From Lama guanicoe (lineage: Eukaryota), in contig MU053934.1 in NCBI GenBank assembly GCA_013239625.1, positions 5,412,399 to 5,476,398 on the forward strand: 64,000 nucleotides of DNA. The letters run 5' to 3'. The position numbers and the translations under genes were made by a program. The stretch's first letter is position 1; every line of letters begins with the position of its first letter. The notes under the pieces were generated by a model. It made no database searches, was not told where the DNA came from, and saw nothing but the letters and a program-made list of their open reading frames with translations. This document shows positions 12,130 to 24,471 of the stretch, piece by piece.

Positions 12130-13260
12130 TTTTATACAAGATCACTCTAGTAGTGATCAAGAGGCCAGTGAGAAGAATAAAATGGAATGACCGGGTAAAT
12201 GGTCGAGCCATTAACACTCCTAGAGAGGGGATGCAGGAGGAGTTAGCCTGGGACAGGGTAGGAGAGACTGTGTACGGTCTGGGGCATGCTGATTATGAGC
12301 TGATTGTGAGACACCCTATCAAGACATATGCAAGTGCTGTGTGTGTATGTATCTATGTACAAATGTGCATGTATGTATATACGCATATGTGTGTGTGTGT
12401 GTGTCTGTGTGTGATTATCCAGGGATAATGTGATATGATATGTAGAAACAGAAGAAGATACGTCCCAGGATGAACCTTGAGAGAATCTCAGAATTTAAGC
12501 ACAGGTGACGAAAGGAGCCCGGCAAAGCACCCTGAGGAGGCTCACAGGGGTGGCAGAGGGCTCGCAAAGCTGACACAAAGAGTCAGCTTCCACAAAAAGG
12601 GTGCAGGCAGAGAGAGAGAGATGTTGACAGTGGGCAGGTCAGACAAAGCAAGCTTGCAAAGCTTCTGGAGGATTACCTGTACTGAGCACATGGCCAGAGG
12701 TCTCAGAGCTATGCCAGTGAGTTGGTGGAGGCAGAAACTAATTACAACAGGTTAAGGAGTAAGAGGTGAGGAAGTGGAGTCCACAGGTTTCTGTCCCCTG
12801 AGAGGTTAAGATGTGCTAACAGTTATTATTCACTCATTCTCCCAACAAATATTAACTGAGAGCCCACATGTCTCAGACCCCGTTTTGGTCCATGTTCTCG
12901 TGGAGCTTACACTCTAGTGAAGAATGACATATAATAAACATCTAACAGAGTAGGAGGTGATACATGTTCTGAAGAAATATTAAAGCAGGATGCGGGCGAC
13001 AGAGAGTGATGGGGCAGGATTTTACACACAGTGGTCAGGGAAAGACTTTCTGATGTGACGTTTGAGCCGAGACCTCGAGGAAGGGAATGAGCCCTGCAGG
13101 CAAGGGGAACAGCAAATGCAGAGGCCCAGGGTGGGAACCCACCTGAGTGACAGAGGGACACCAGGCAGGCCAGGCCGGCAGGGTAGAGTGAGCAGAGAAA
13201 GTGGGGGGAGATGTGGTGAGAGGGGGAGCCATACAGGGCCTTGCAGGACTGGACTTCACT
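12130..13260 (-). mobile_element. L2 LINE fragments
   Basis: Inverted L2 3' terminus near 12830 (cattcactcattc..caacaaatatt..tggagcttacactctagtg) and purine-rich L2 body. Confidence 0.6.
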
Positions 13261-14280
13261 CTGTTCACAAGTGGCACTAGAGGAAATGAAACGGGGAGAA
13301 GAAATAAAGCAGGACTGTGGCTGTCAACCTTGCCATCGACAAAAAGGCTCCCGAGTGTAATAAAAAGATTTGCTGCAAATGGTTTCCTTGTTTTTCCCCT
13401 GATGTTTGCATAGTGTGTTGGGAATTACCTACTTGAGCTTCTTGGGACCCATTATTTTCCACACTTTATAATGGAGAACTGACTTGCCTGAGATCACATC
13501 CTGATCAACTGCAGAACAGAGACTAAACTCTCACTCTTCTGATTCCAAAACTCAGATCTTTTCACTTATGTGTATTTCAGCATAAGTGAGATGGGAGGAG
13601 AGGTGGAAGTGGGCCAGAGAAAAGATACTTCACTGATCAACTATCTTTAAAAAACAAACAAACAAAAACTGTGATAGTTACCCCCAAAAAACCATGACAG
13701 TGATTTTAATATGATCTTTTACATTTTCCTTCTCAAGGTTATTCCTCTGGAAAGAAATGCTGCCTTGTCATTTTCTCTCTACTGCTGGCAGTGGGACAGA
13801 AGGGAGGACTTCAGATATAACCTCAGAAAATGTCAAGGGGCACACATTTTCCCATTCCTTTTCCCATCAGCCCTCCCCTGAAGGGGCCAGCATAGCAGAA
13901 AAGGGAGTTGCTGTATAATCAAACTCCTTCCAAAGTTAACTGAGTCTTTTGCCACATCCCTTGGCCCTGGCACAGAAGTCTGTCACACAGCTCCAGGCAG
14001 TTCATTAACTGTGCCAAACTGACCACGGACACGGTACAAGGCCATGAGAGAGGCAGACAAGGCAGACTTTTCCCAGCCCTGGAGACAGGGGGTCACAAGC
14101 TGTTTGTACCCAATCACTTCACTTGCAGCAGCCTCAACCGTCTTAGCAATTCATCATCCACTCCTGAATCACGTGCACAGGGCCATCCTCTGCGTCAGAA
14201 CCCCTGGGGAGAAGACAGTAACAACATTCTACACCATCACTAAAAGTGAAAAAAGGGAACGATGCCAGCAGCCCTTGGTC

Positions 14281-14438
14281 CAGTGTTTCTCCAAGTGTGG
14301 GACCAGAACCACACCTGTATTAGAAAGTCTCTGGGGTGCAAGGACCTCTCTGTAACACAGATTCCTGAGCTTCAAAGAATTTTAACCTTTAGTAAGCTCT
14401 TCAAGGATTCTGGTGCCAATAAAACTTGAAAACCATTG
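14281..14438. mobile_element. MER5-like hAT-Charlie element
   Basis: Termini cagtgtttctccaagtgtgg and ttgaaaaccattg. Confidence 0.55.
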
Positions 14439-16321
14439 TTTCCCTAGTCCAAAAGGCAGGGGAAAGGTAATATCGCACACGAGAAAGTAAGGATTTTTAT
14501 TTGCTCATTCTCCACCACCAGGGGCTAAGTGACAAAAAAGTACACCTGGGAAGGACTTGGTAACTTTTCTGAACAGTTAACTCAAAATGTCAACTCTGCT
14601 GGCTGTGTGGGGCTCACAGATTGGTAGAGTTTAATCTCCTGAACTCCCTTCAGGGTCACTGCTTCAAGGTGCAAAGCATGCATTTCTGAGAGTCAAAGGA
14701 TCAGGGCTTTTTGCCATTTTCCTCATACCCTGGCAAGGGCCTAATTCAGCTGGGACGGATTCCACGCCCTGCTGTTTGTGTTTGGGCCTGGCAATCACAC
14801 TCGATGGAAGGCAGCTACAGAAATGCAGTCCTTGGTCTTAGCACGCAGTGGGCGGGGAGCACAGAAGTGCACTGGTGCTGGTACAGGAAATGGGGAGGGT
14901 CACCTACACACTGAGTGACGAGAGTACAGAGGCTGGCTGTGTCACTGGTGTATAAGGGTTTACACTAGCATTAGGAGATGCTTTTTTTAGGATTCCATAG
15001 CAGGGGCCCGTAATCTGGGGCACACTATACCAGCTTAGAGTATCTACGAATCCCTGGAAACTGTATGCTGAATTTTGGGTATTTGCTTGGGCAACTGTCT
15101 AGTGAGAAGTATACGATTTCCCAAGGAGCATCAATGGCACAAAATAAATCAAGAACCTCTGATTTAACTAAGTCATTAGGACAGAAGAGAAAATATACTC
15201 ATGACCTTCAAGCCTCACACCAGCAGACAGACAGCAACTTGGAAGCAATTTTAATGGAGGGCTTAAAAATGATGGAGTTACTCTCACCTCTCCCACTAAC
15301 TTTCACCTTAACCTCATCAACTACAAGTCCTGATCTAATGCCGTTTTCAGTTTTCTCAAAGTTGAAATTTTGGTGAAAATACCTCAGGATATCATCATAA
15401 AATTCCTCTGTCAGTAAGAATCATTAGACTGTGATCTTCAAGAATTGGCATGGGGTTTGGAGCTAGAAGACATAAATTGGATCTACCTCTGTCTTTTAGT
15501 GGTAGTGTGACCTTGGGCAAGTCACATGACCCCTCTGGGCCTCAACAACCTCATCCGCAAAATGGCAATTATACAAACTACTGCAGTGATGTCAGCAGTG
15601 ACTGTCAGCATTAAAGAAAGGGAAAGTGCTTTGCCATCTGCTAGAAGCTCTGTTAAGTTTGAAGCATTGCTACTGTTTTAACTTTTTTTCTGTGCCATCC
15701 TTCTCCTGAAGGAAACTGTGTGTGTGGAGTCGAATGCTGAGAGCTAATAACTGGGGTTGACTTCCATTTTTTTGTCTTTCTGTTTTTAGCTGTCATACCA
15801 AAAAGCCAACAAAAATAACCTACAATATTAACCAAAGAGCTGTGTCAACAGTTTTAGGGACTGGCCATGACAATGAAAACCAGAACTAAGTTCATGCGAA
15901 TCAAGAAGGAGCTTGGGTGCTGGGGAATGGGGAAGGGACCGTGCATTCTGGGGCAAGCAAGGGTCCGAAATCACAGTCAGAAAATGTGCTTCATACACAT
16001 CCTGTTTTGGTATTCAGGCTTGCCAACACCCCTGTTTTGGCACTTGGGCTGTCACCCCCACCCAAACCAGCAGGAAAGCCAATTACCAAGAATGAATGTT
16101 AAAAGTGAAGACTCAAAAAAAAAAAAAAGTGAAGACTCAAGGATGCTAATCTTTTCCTTCCCAGAAGTGCAAGCTGCTCCAGAGTCTTGTGCCCCTGACC
16201 CAATGATGGTGAAAGAGATTCAAGACAGGGAGAAAAAATCACCAGACAATCTTGTACAGCATGAATGTCAACAGGTAGTGTTTCAAAGGCTGACATATCA
16301 AGGCTCAAATATTTTGAATTT

Positions 16322-16446
16322 GCTCACAGAGAAAAAAATGTGACACCGAATATATATATGTTCATGTATAACTGAAAAATTGTGCTCTACACTGGAATTT
16401 GACACAAAATTGTAAAATGATTATAACTCAATAAAAAATGTTAAAA
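16322..16446 (+). mobile_element. Camelid-type L1 3' terminal fragment
   Basis: cacagagaaaaaaatgtgac..gttcatgtataactgaaaaattgtgctctacactggaatttgacacaaaattgtaaaatgattataactcaataaaaaa. It is closely similar to the fragment at 42005-42077. Confidence 0.8.
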
Positions 16447-16576
16447 TTTTTTTTTTAATTTGGCCTTCCAAGCTTCTCTTTGACATATATGCCAGCTGTG
16501 TTTATATCTGGCTTTCACACCACAGCCCAGTCTAACGCTCCAGATCAATTATCGTTCTAATATACACTCCATGCTG

Positions 16577-16597
16577 ATGCGTGCATGCGCGCATGTG

Positions 16598-16633
<36 letters not shown>
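16577..16633. repeat. Alternating purine-pyrimidine tract ending in (CA)n
   Basis: atgcgtgcatgcgcgcatgtgcgcgcgc followed by a CA run. Confidence 0.9.
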
Positions 16634-16634
<1 letters not shown>

Positions 16635-18592
16635 CTACTGCCTCTCTGTGAAGTCCCATAAGCATTATGACTAAGTCATCTGTTTACATACAAGCTCCAA
16701 ATCACCTTTGTCCTTCTGCAAATAATATCTGACCAGGCTGAAGAACTTTAACTCACCACCATCATCAAATGTCTATTAGGGCTCCCCATGAGTGCATAAT
16801 TCTTTAGGACTTGAATTGTTTAGGTAAAATTAGTGTGTAGCTTCAACAAGTGACTTTATAAATTCCTTTACTTCACTTATTATCCTTAAAAGATGCTGGC
16901 CTTGGATATCTCAGACACTTCAAAAACTAATTGTTAAATAAATACCTACTCTACTTTTTAGATATTAAATTGTATCAAGAAGACTACTCTTGATAGCTTG
17001 TTCAACGGAGCTCACTGTTGGATTCTTCTTCAGATTTAACAGTGAATATACTCAGAACATAAAACTCATTCTGGAGTCTATTTTAGGATCTGTTAGCAAC
17101 TGGACAAGGAGGAGGTTCTATGCTAGTCACTGTGGGAATACACCCTACAACAACGGGAAGAGAGGTGACATCTATCAGATGTGCAACATGAAACGCCTGG
17201 GATGATGTGCCCAGCTGGCCTGCTCCTGAGATGAAAGAGAAGACTCCCGAGACCGTGTGCCCAACACAATATTCTCTCAGCTTCAGAATGGTGTTTATCA
17301 AATGCCACTTAAACTTGGGATTCAAACACAATTCAATGGTCACATTCCTGTGCTGAGGACACGTAAGCAGGTGTGGGATTCTCGGCTTCTTTAAAAAAAA
17401 AAAGTTATGTTGTACGTCTGACACTAATATAATGTTGTATGTCAATGATATCTCAATTAAAAAGGAAAGGAAAAAAAAAAACTAGCTCTTTCATCCAAAG
17501 ATATCTGAAGGAGCCAAGCGGAGCACACCGCACTAACAGTTGTGGGTGAGCATCTGACAGAAGCACAGGCCTGAGGGCGCCGACTGGACTGGAGAGGCGG
17601 GCAAACTGCAGGCTTTGGAAAGGCCTTTCTTGAGATCCTCCTGGAAAGGGGAACTGGGCAGATCTTGGCCAGATTTCTTTGGTGCCCAGGGACTGACGTT
17701 CAGAGACCACCACACAGAGCTTAAAGCAACTCCCAAGTGGACCGGAGCAAATGGGAAGTGACCGAGGCCCAGGTGAGAACCAGTTCTTACCCTGGCCCCA
17801 CCCAAACTCATAATATACCAAGTATCCTTTGGGACATAATGTCTTGGACACTGTAACACTTCACTTGCACAAAGGCAAAACAGTGACATTTCCTTGAAGC
17901 CAACAATTTTGTCATCTTAAATTTTTCTAAGTTTAAAAAAAACGGGAGGTGGCAATTCAGCCTCAAATTAGACCCTCATCTGCTCTGGAGTTACCACTGT
18001 GCCCCTGCTGGTGAACATTTCTGTCTCTTGGTAAGTTGCCCAGAAATAAAAAAATATTATTTCCAACCCAGCCACTTGTTTGTTTTGTTTGTTTTAAGAG
18101 AGGTTTAAAAAGAAACATACATTCCCATGGAGAGGGCAAGCTATTAACTGGTGGTCCTATTCATACACAATTCTAACGGCGCACCATCGTGGCTGAGGTT
18201 CTTTGACAATAATTTTCAGCCAATTTTTTTTTTTAATCCTAGAGTACGGAAGAAAGAGCAATTAAGAAGGATTTTATTTATTGAAAAATAGTTCGTGTTC
18301 CCAAACACTGCTTTTGACAGAACTTAATGAGATACATATATTAAAAGCTGCTTTCATATTCACAACATGGTAGATCCAAGACAATGCTCCTCTCATTCTT
18401 AACTGTAAATAATACTGCCTGTATCTCAAAAGCATGAACAGTACATCACCTCACCTACCTCCAAACTCACTCTGTGGGGTAGATAAGATGGGTTATTATC
18501 CTCACTTTATAAAAGTAGAATTTGAGTTCAGAAAAGTTAAATGGGTTGCTCAAAGTCACCTTGCTCCTAAGTGATAGAATAAACCTTAAAAC

Positions 18593-18779
18593 TCTATTGT
18601 CTAATACAACAGCCACCACCCACATGTGACTATTAAAATTAAAATTAATTAAATTGAATTAAAATTCAGCTCTTCACTCAAGCTAGTCATGTTTGAAGCA
18701 CTCAGCAGCACATGGGGCTAGTGGCTGGTATTACAGAATATCACCATCCTTGCTAAAAGCACTATTGAACAGGGCTGGT
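18593..18779. mobile_element. MER3-like hAT-Charlie element
   Basis: tgtctaatacaacagccacca.ccacatgtgacta..aaaattcagctcttc..cacatggggctagtggct..ctattgaacagggctg. Confidence 0.65.
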
Positions 18780-20998
18780 CTAGAGGCTAGTTCTTTTGAA
18801 TTCATGGTAACTTGGGGGAAAGATCCCAGGGCATCTCGGTATTTAATAAAGACGGCCTGAGAGAGACAAAGTTAAATCACAGTCTCTTCTCATTACAAGA
18901 AACTATGAGGCCTTGGGGGTTGGTTTATCCTCTCAGGGGCTACAAAAACTAAAAATTATTTTTAAAAGAGCTTCACCAAAATGGATTTGATCCATATGTA
19001 TTCAGGAAAGAGAATCTTGAAACTCAGTTTGTACATTTGATGAGGAATAATAAAACAACTCCCAAGTTACAAACAACAAAAATATTATTATTGACAAGAA
19101 TTTTAGCTTCAGAGGAAAAGAGATCATAATAATCAGTCCTGACACTTCCAGCCATTACATCACCTTTCGTCAGAGTTTAGAAGAAACTTCTTGGTGCAGA
19201 GACTGCTGTGGCCAGATGAACAGGAGACTTTCAGCTAACGTGGGGCTCAGCAAACGACAGCTTAGATCAGCTACGAGTACCACCACTGGGCCACACTGTC
19301 TCTGTGGAGACCACTCAGCCAACACCAATAGCTGAAGCAAGACACAGGGCTCGAACTGCAGAACTGCAGGGTCAGGGCCTCAAGATGTGGTGAAGCTCAT
19401 TAGAAAGAGAGCTGTGGGGGCTCCACGACATAAAGCCATCCTCTCCAGTTTCAGTGTGAGAACACGAGGCCTAGCAGACCTCCCAGCCAGTCAGAACCGG
19501 CTGGCTGACTGGTTCACTTTTCACCCAGTAGCGTGCCTGGGCGCCTGGCAGGGCCAGGCAGTTTGACAGGACTGGCTGCCCTCTCTGAGCTGTGCTGTCC
19601 TCGCTCTTTAGATTCTCCCAACAACTGAGAAGCAAGTGCCACCAATGGCAGTGGCCGAGTCCACAGAAACACCACATACAATGAAAAAAAAAAAAAAAAA
19701 AAAAAAAGCAAAAGCTCACTCAGGAAACAGAAGAAGGCCCTTACTCTACAGGGCAAACATAATGATTTCCTCGTGCGTCTGCCAAGGTGCCGAGGCTTTC
19801 CTACTACAGGCCCGGGGGAAGACAATGAATTGCTAAGAGTAGCATCAGAAACTTGCTAGTCTCTGTTTTTTCTCAAGGATTCACAATAGAAAAACAAAAG
19901 GCTGAGCAGGAAAAGGCAAGTGAGATGCTTTGCTCATATCTAGAAAGATTACAGGAGACTTTTTCTCATTTGTTTGGAGAACTTCCATGGTTTCCTTTAA
20001 AAAGCTATTCCTCTGCAGCAGCTCTCATTGCCAGAATGTAATTTTCACCTGAACCTTATGACCTGCACACCTTTAAATGCCAAAGAGAAAGGCTGTGGGG
20101 AAAGTCTGTTTGAGAACAAAGTGTACAACACATGACCCACCTCTTCTCTGAATCTTCATCTGAGACACAGCAGCATTCCTGGTCTTGATCTTTGGACTTA
20201 AAACACCAGCTTCCTATCTGTGCCATATCTCCTCTCCCTCAAGACATGCAGAGTTTCAGACATCATTAAAGAAAGCTTAGGGCCTGGAATATGTAATCCT
20301 TTGCTATCTGGCACTCTGCATTTGGTAGGGTTTATATAGTGTTAAATTTGAGACATATGTTTACATGACGAGAATGAAGGATTCTGGGAAATGAACCTGT
20401 TTAAAATCACACCAGAAACCAATTTCTATATCCCATAGTTTAGATGCCATAAACAAAGCATATCAAGTAGCAGAAAGAGGTGTATAGGAATTGAGAGATT
20501 CTTTAATCCCCTGAATTCTATAGGAAGGCCATACACCAACTTTAAACAACACGCAAAAACTATGAACAACCCTGAAGGCAAGAGAGCCACTGAAGACAGC
20601 ATGTCCTACAGATACGGTGTCAGAACTGCACGCCAGTCCCCCATGGGAACGGTGTATGAGTGCTCTGTGAAATGAGGTGGGCGGGCTCTTCTTCCTAGAG
20701 CTACAGAAGGATTGGGATGAGAAGAATTTGATAAAAGATACAAACAGAAACGACGAGGCAGAATACAGCCATGACTACACAGCTCCTTTCCCTTGGTTTG
20801 AAGGTCCTAACTACTCCCTAAGCTGTACAACAAACTTAAATATAAAGGCACTTTCAGAAACTCCTCAGGCCAGCAAGATGGGAATGAAAATGGGCACTTC
20901 AAACCTGATGTTACTTTTTCAGGTCTCCAAATCTCCAACAATCAACAAGTTGCTGATCCAATTATGATTTGTCCCCAGCACAATTCATATTTTCTTTT

Positions 20999-21421
20999 TC
21001 TTTCTTTCCTTTTTTTTTTTCATCATCCCTGGTCCTACAGTATAGTCAATTTCTTGTGTAGAGCATGTTTCAGTCATACATATACATATATAGATTCATT
21101 TACACATTCTTTTTCATTATAGGTTACTACAAGATACTGAATATAATCCCCTGTGCTATACAGTAGCAACTTGTTCTTTCTCTATTTTATATATAGTAGT
21201 TACTATCTGCAAATCTCAGACTCCCTACTTATCTCTTTCCACCCCCTTTTCCTCCTGGTAACTATTAAGTTTGTTCTCTATGTCTGTGAGTCTGTTTCGG
21301 TTTTGTAAATAAGTTCATTTGTGTCTTTTTTTCAGATTCCACATGAGTAATATCAGATGGTATTTTTCTTTCTCTTTCTGGCTTACTTCACTTACAATGA
21401 CGATCTCCAGGTCCATCCATG
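20999..21421 (-). mobile_element. 5'-truncated L1 (ORF2 end and 3' UTR) with target-site duplication
   Basis: Poly(T) at the left end. The minus strand encodes the L1 ORF2 C-terminus-like WMDLEIVIVSEVSQKEKEKYH (ORF 21315..21692). TSD aattcatattttctttt (20982-20998) versus aactcatatttcctttt (21422-21438). Confidence 0.88.
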
Positions 21422-22959
21422 AACTCATATTTCCTTTTGAAAGATGTGAGTGGAGGGTGAGACAGGGGATTATGAGGATGTCAGGGAGGCAGAGAATACC
21501 GGAAATGACGATAGACAGAAGTTGGGTTAGAGGGCGAGGGATTAAGGTGAGGAAGTGGAGTTTACTCAGAGGGTAGGGGGCTGGGAAATAAAAAAGTCTC
21601 ACCTTTGGGAATTCAAGGTCCTTCCTGCATATCACCAGGTATGTTGATGAGCAGGGAACTTCACACCTGAAACTATCCCCAGGCCTCAACACTCTCTCTC
21701 ATATAATCTAAGAGTTTGCTACCTACTTTCTTCAGTAGAAAAGCTGAAAACCAAACTATGCCCAAGGCTGAAGGTGGCTCATTATATGAGGGAAGATGGG
21801 AAGATGCAGTATTCTCAGAGAAGCAGGGCATTTCTATTCCCTTAGGAAGGGCAATTATTCTCACTTCACAGATACAAAGAACAACTCAAAGTATACCATC
21901 AGATATTCAGAATATTTTAGAACCTGGGCTCCTGACAGAAGAGGGGCGTTGTTTCAAATTCCATGCCCAGAATTCCAACAGCAGAATTTGCAACAGAGTG
22001 ATATCTGTTTTGGTCTTTCATCCTCTCTCCCTCCCTCCCCCTCTCTCTCTTCCTCTCTCTCACACACACGCCACACTTTACAACTGGCTGTCTTCATTCA
22101 TTCATTCAGTGCCAGGCACTGGGGACAGAAATATAAATAAGATGCTTTCTCAAGGAGCTCACAGTCTAATTGGAGAGACAAACATATAAGCAGATAACTG
22201 CAATACTGAAGCATCATTTATCTTAATAATGTGGAATACTGTAAGAAATGCTAAGCAAGGAGACTATACCTGATAAACCCTATTAAATAGTTATTTACAG
22301 TAGCCCCTGGTATCAACTGAAAGACAGGAAGAAGAATGCAAGGCACTCATCCTTTGCATGGCTTTCAGATCCTGAACATACTACAGATCCTAAGAAGCAG
22401 CACTATGCTCTCAGAACTAGTCCTCTAACTAGAGTCAGCATCCCATGGATCAACACCGATTGCTCTTTATCTTGTGTATGGGCAAATCTTAGCTACTCAG
22501 ATCAACTGTTAAATGTCTCGAGGGCAGGTACCATGGTATACTTCTGTAATCTCCACAGCATCCAGGACTACCCTGGGCACAAAGCAGACACTAAGCACAT
22601 GATGTCCCTGGTGAAAGGGACACACGCAGATGTGACGCTGGGCAACTTGTTCCTCTACAGGGTTTGTAGATTGGCAGATCTGACATGTTTTGTAAAGCAC
22701 AACACTGCCCTCCCTACCTGATCACATTACTGATCCACTGCACAAGCCATCTGCTCTATCAGATGCTTTAAGGAGGGGAAGTCCTTCACTGGAAGGTCAG
22801 AGAAGAAGATAGCACATGGGTAAATGGTTTGGTAGTTAATTGCAATTGAAAAAAAAAAGGTAAATTTGAGACAAGTCCCTTGGCTGAGGCTTAGGACAGA
22901 AACAGACCTTAGGCTCTTTATGCTTCCTATGAAGTGCTTAGCTCTTAGAAGAGGACCTG

Positions 22960-23550
22960 CTATTACCGTGACATAATCAAACCTCATCCCCACTTGCTTA
23001 AAAGCCTTCACCGGCTCCCCTTAGCAGTTAAAACAGAATCTACCTCCTCTGTGCGCTACGAGGCCATCACTCTGGCCCCGCCCACCGTGCCAATCTTAAC
23101 TCGCCCCCACTCTCCCCTCACTTACCAGACCCCAGCCACAATGGCTTCCTTGATGTTTTCAAACATGCCAGGCTCTTAACTGCACTAGGCCCTTATACTT
23201 GCTCTTTCTTCTTCCTGGGCCCTCTTCCTGCTTCTGAATGGCCGGCTCCATCTTATCCTTCAGATCTCAGCTCAAATATTTCCTCCTCAGGGAGGCCTTT
23301 CTTGACCATCGTTTCCAAAGTGACCCCATCTCATTCCTATTATTTGTTAATATACCAACCAGTTAATTTACTTCATAGCATCTATCATGCTCTGAAATTA
23401 TCTTGTCTATTTATTTGTCTCCCTGTTTATTATATTATCAGTCTTCTCCTTCTCAGTACAAAACTCCTGAGAGAAGGAGCTGGATTTACTTTGCTGTATC
23501 AAGGGGTACACACTAGGAACTCAAATATTTTGAAAGAACGAGTGAAGAAT
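22960..23550 (+). mobile_element. L2 LINE 3' fragment
   Basis: Pyrimidine-rich L2 text (ccttcagatctcagctcaaatatttcctcctcagggaggccttt) ending in an L2-like terminus (ctcaaatattttgaaagaacgagtgaa). Confidence 0.7.
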
Positions 23551-24405
23551 TAGGAAAATACAGTGGCAATGGGTCAGCAGGCATTGAGTTAAGGTGAAAA
23601 ACATCAGTCCTCCCACTGTGAAGCTAGAAGTTGTTGTGTGATGTATATATTCTTACTTCATCAGGGCAGGTCCAAGCAGCAATAGTCACAAAGATAAAAG
23701 GAATAAAAGGGGAAGCCTAAGCTCTGTCGATGACTTAAAAAAATGTCAAAAAGAGCAAAATCCTGCTGGCTCCAGCTTCCACTCATTTAATACGGTTGTC
23801 GGTATTAAAAGCAAATTTTCTGCTTCTAACAGATTCTAAGGTTGGTTTTATTCCTCCCCAAGTGATGCAATTCTGCACCCACTAAGCCCAGCCCTGCGAT
23901 ACCCCTTTCAATGACTCCACTCAGGAACACTCACACCACGCCAGTCTTAGGGTATCTGAGGATCTCACTCTAAATAAAACTGGGGTTCACTTAAAATACT
24001 AGGTGGGAAAGGGTCGTCTCTTCCCAGGCACCTGAACACTAAGGCAAAAGATGCGAGAAGTGGGTTCCTCCTCACCATACCCCAGCTCAGATCTGTTCCT
24101 CCTACACAGGGAAGTGTAACAGGGCGTGGAAACCCTTTTAAAGGTGCAGTTCAGAAGCTGAGGATGATTCAATGGCACCGTTAAACCCAATGTCTGTTTC
24201 ACTGAACTCGATGAGTTAGGGCGGTTCTCTTAACTATCATCACCAATTGAGGGGCTCTGAACTTGGAAAAGCATGAGAAAGAAAAGACTGAAAAATGAAA
24301 CCCGTTGGCCTTGTTTTCTGTTAGATGCTTCCCATGGCCTGCTGGGTACACATACCATACCCTAAAAACTACTCTAGGGGCTGAGAGAGAGAGAGTGGTA
24401 CTTAC

Positions 24406-24471
24406 GCGGCATGATCCCTTGGCTCACCAGTTCTTCCCGCGTCCGGCGCTGCTGGAGCTTCAACTGCAAAA
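24406..24471 (-). CDS. MRTFA: MRTFA coding exon (66 nt): RPEL1 and the Met of the MPPLKS N-terminus
   Basis: Acceptor CTCTTTGCTGCCCTGCAG|TT TTG CAG at 24472/24471, donor ATG CCG C|GTAAG at 24406/24405. Encodes (V)LQLKLQQRRTREELVSQGIMP, with ATG at 24412-24410. Phase 1-1. Confidence 0.96.

Noticed and set aside
15867..16343. 158-aa plus-strand ORF as a nested gene or processed pseudogene
   Set aside because: It runs through a poly(A) insertion scar (KSEDSKKKKSEDS) and into an L1 tail, with no recognisable homology.
17995..18015. Second CTCF-like motif (ccagcaggggcac on the minus strand)
   Set aside because: It is one G short of the core spacing and so a weak match.
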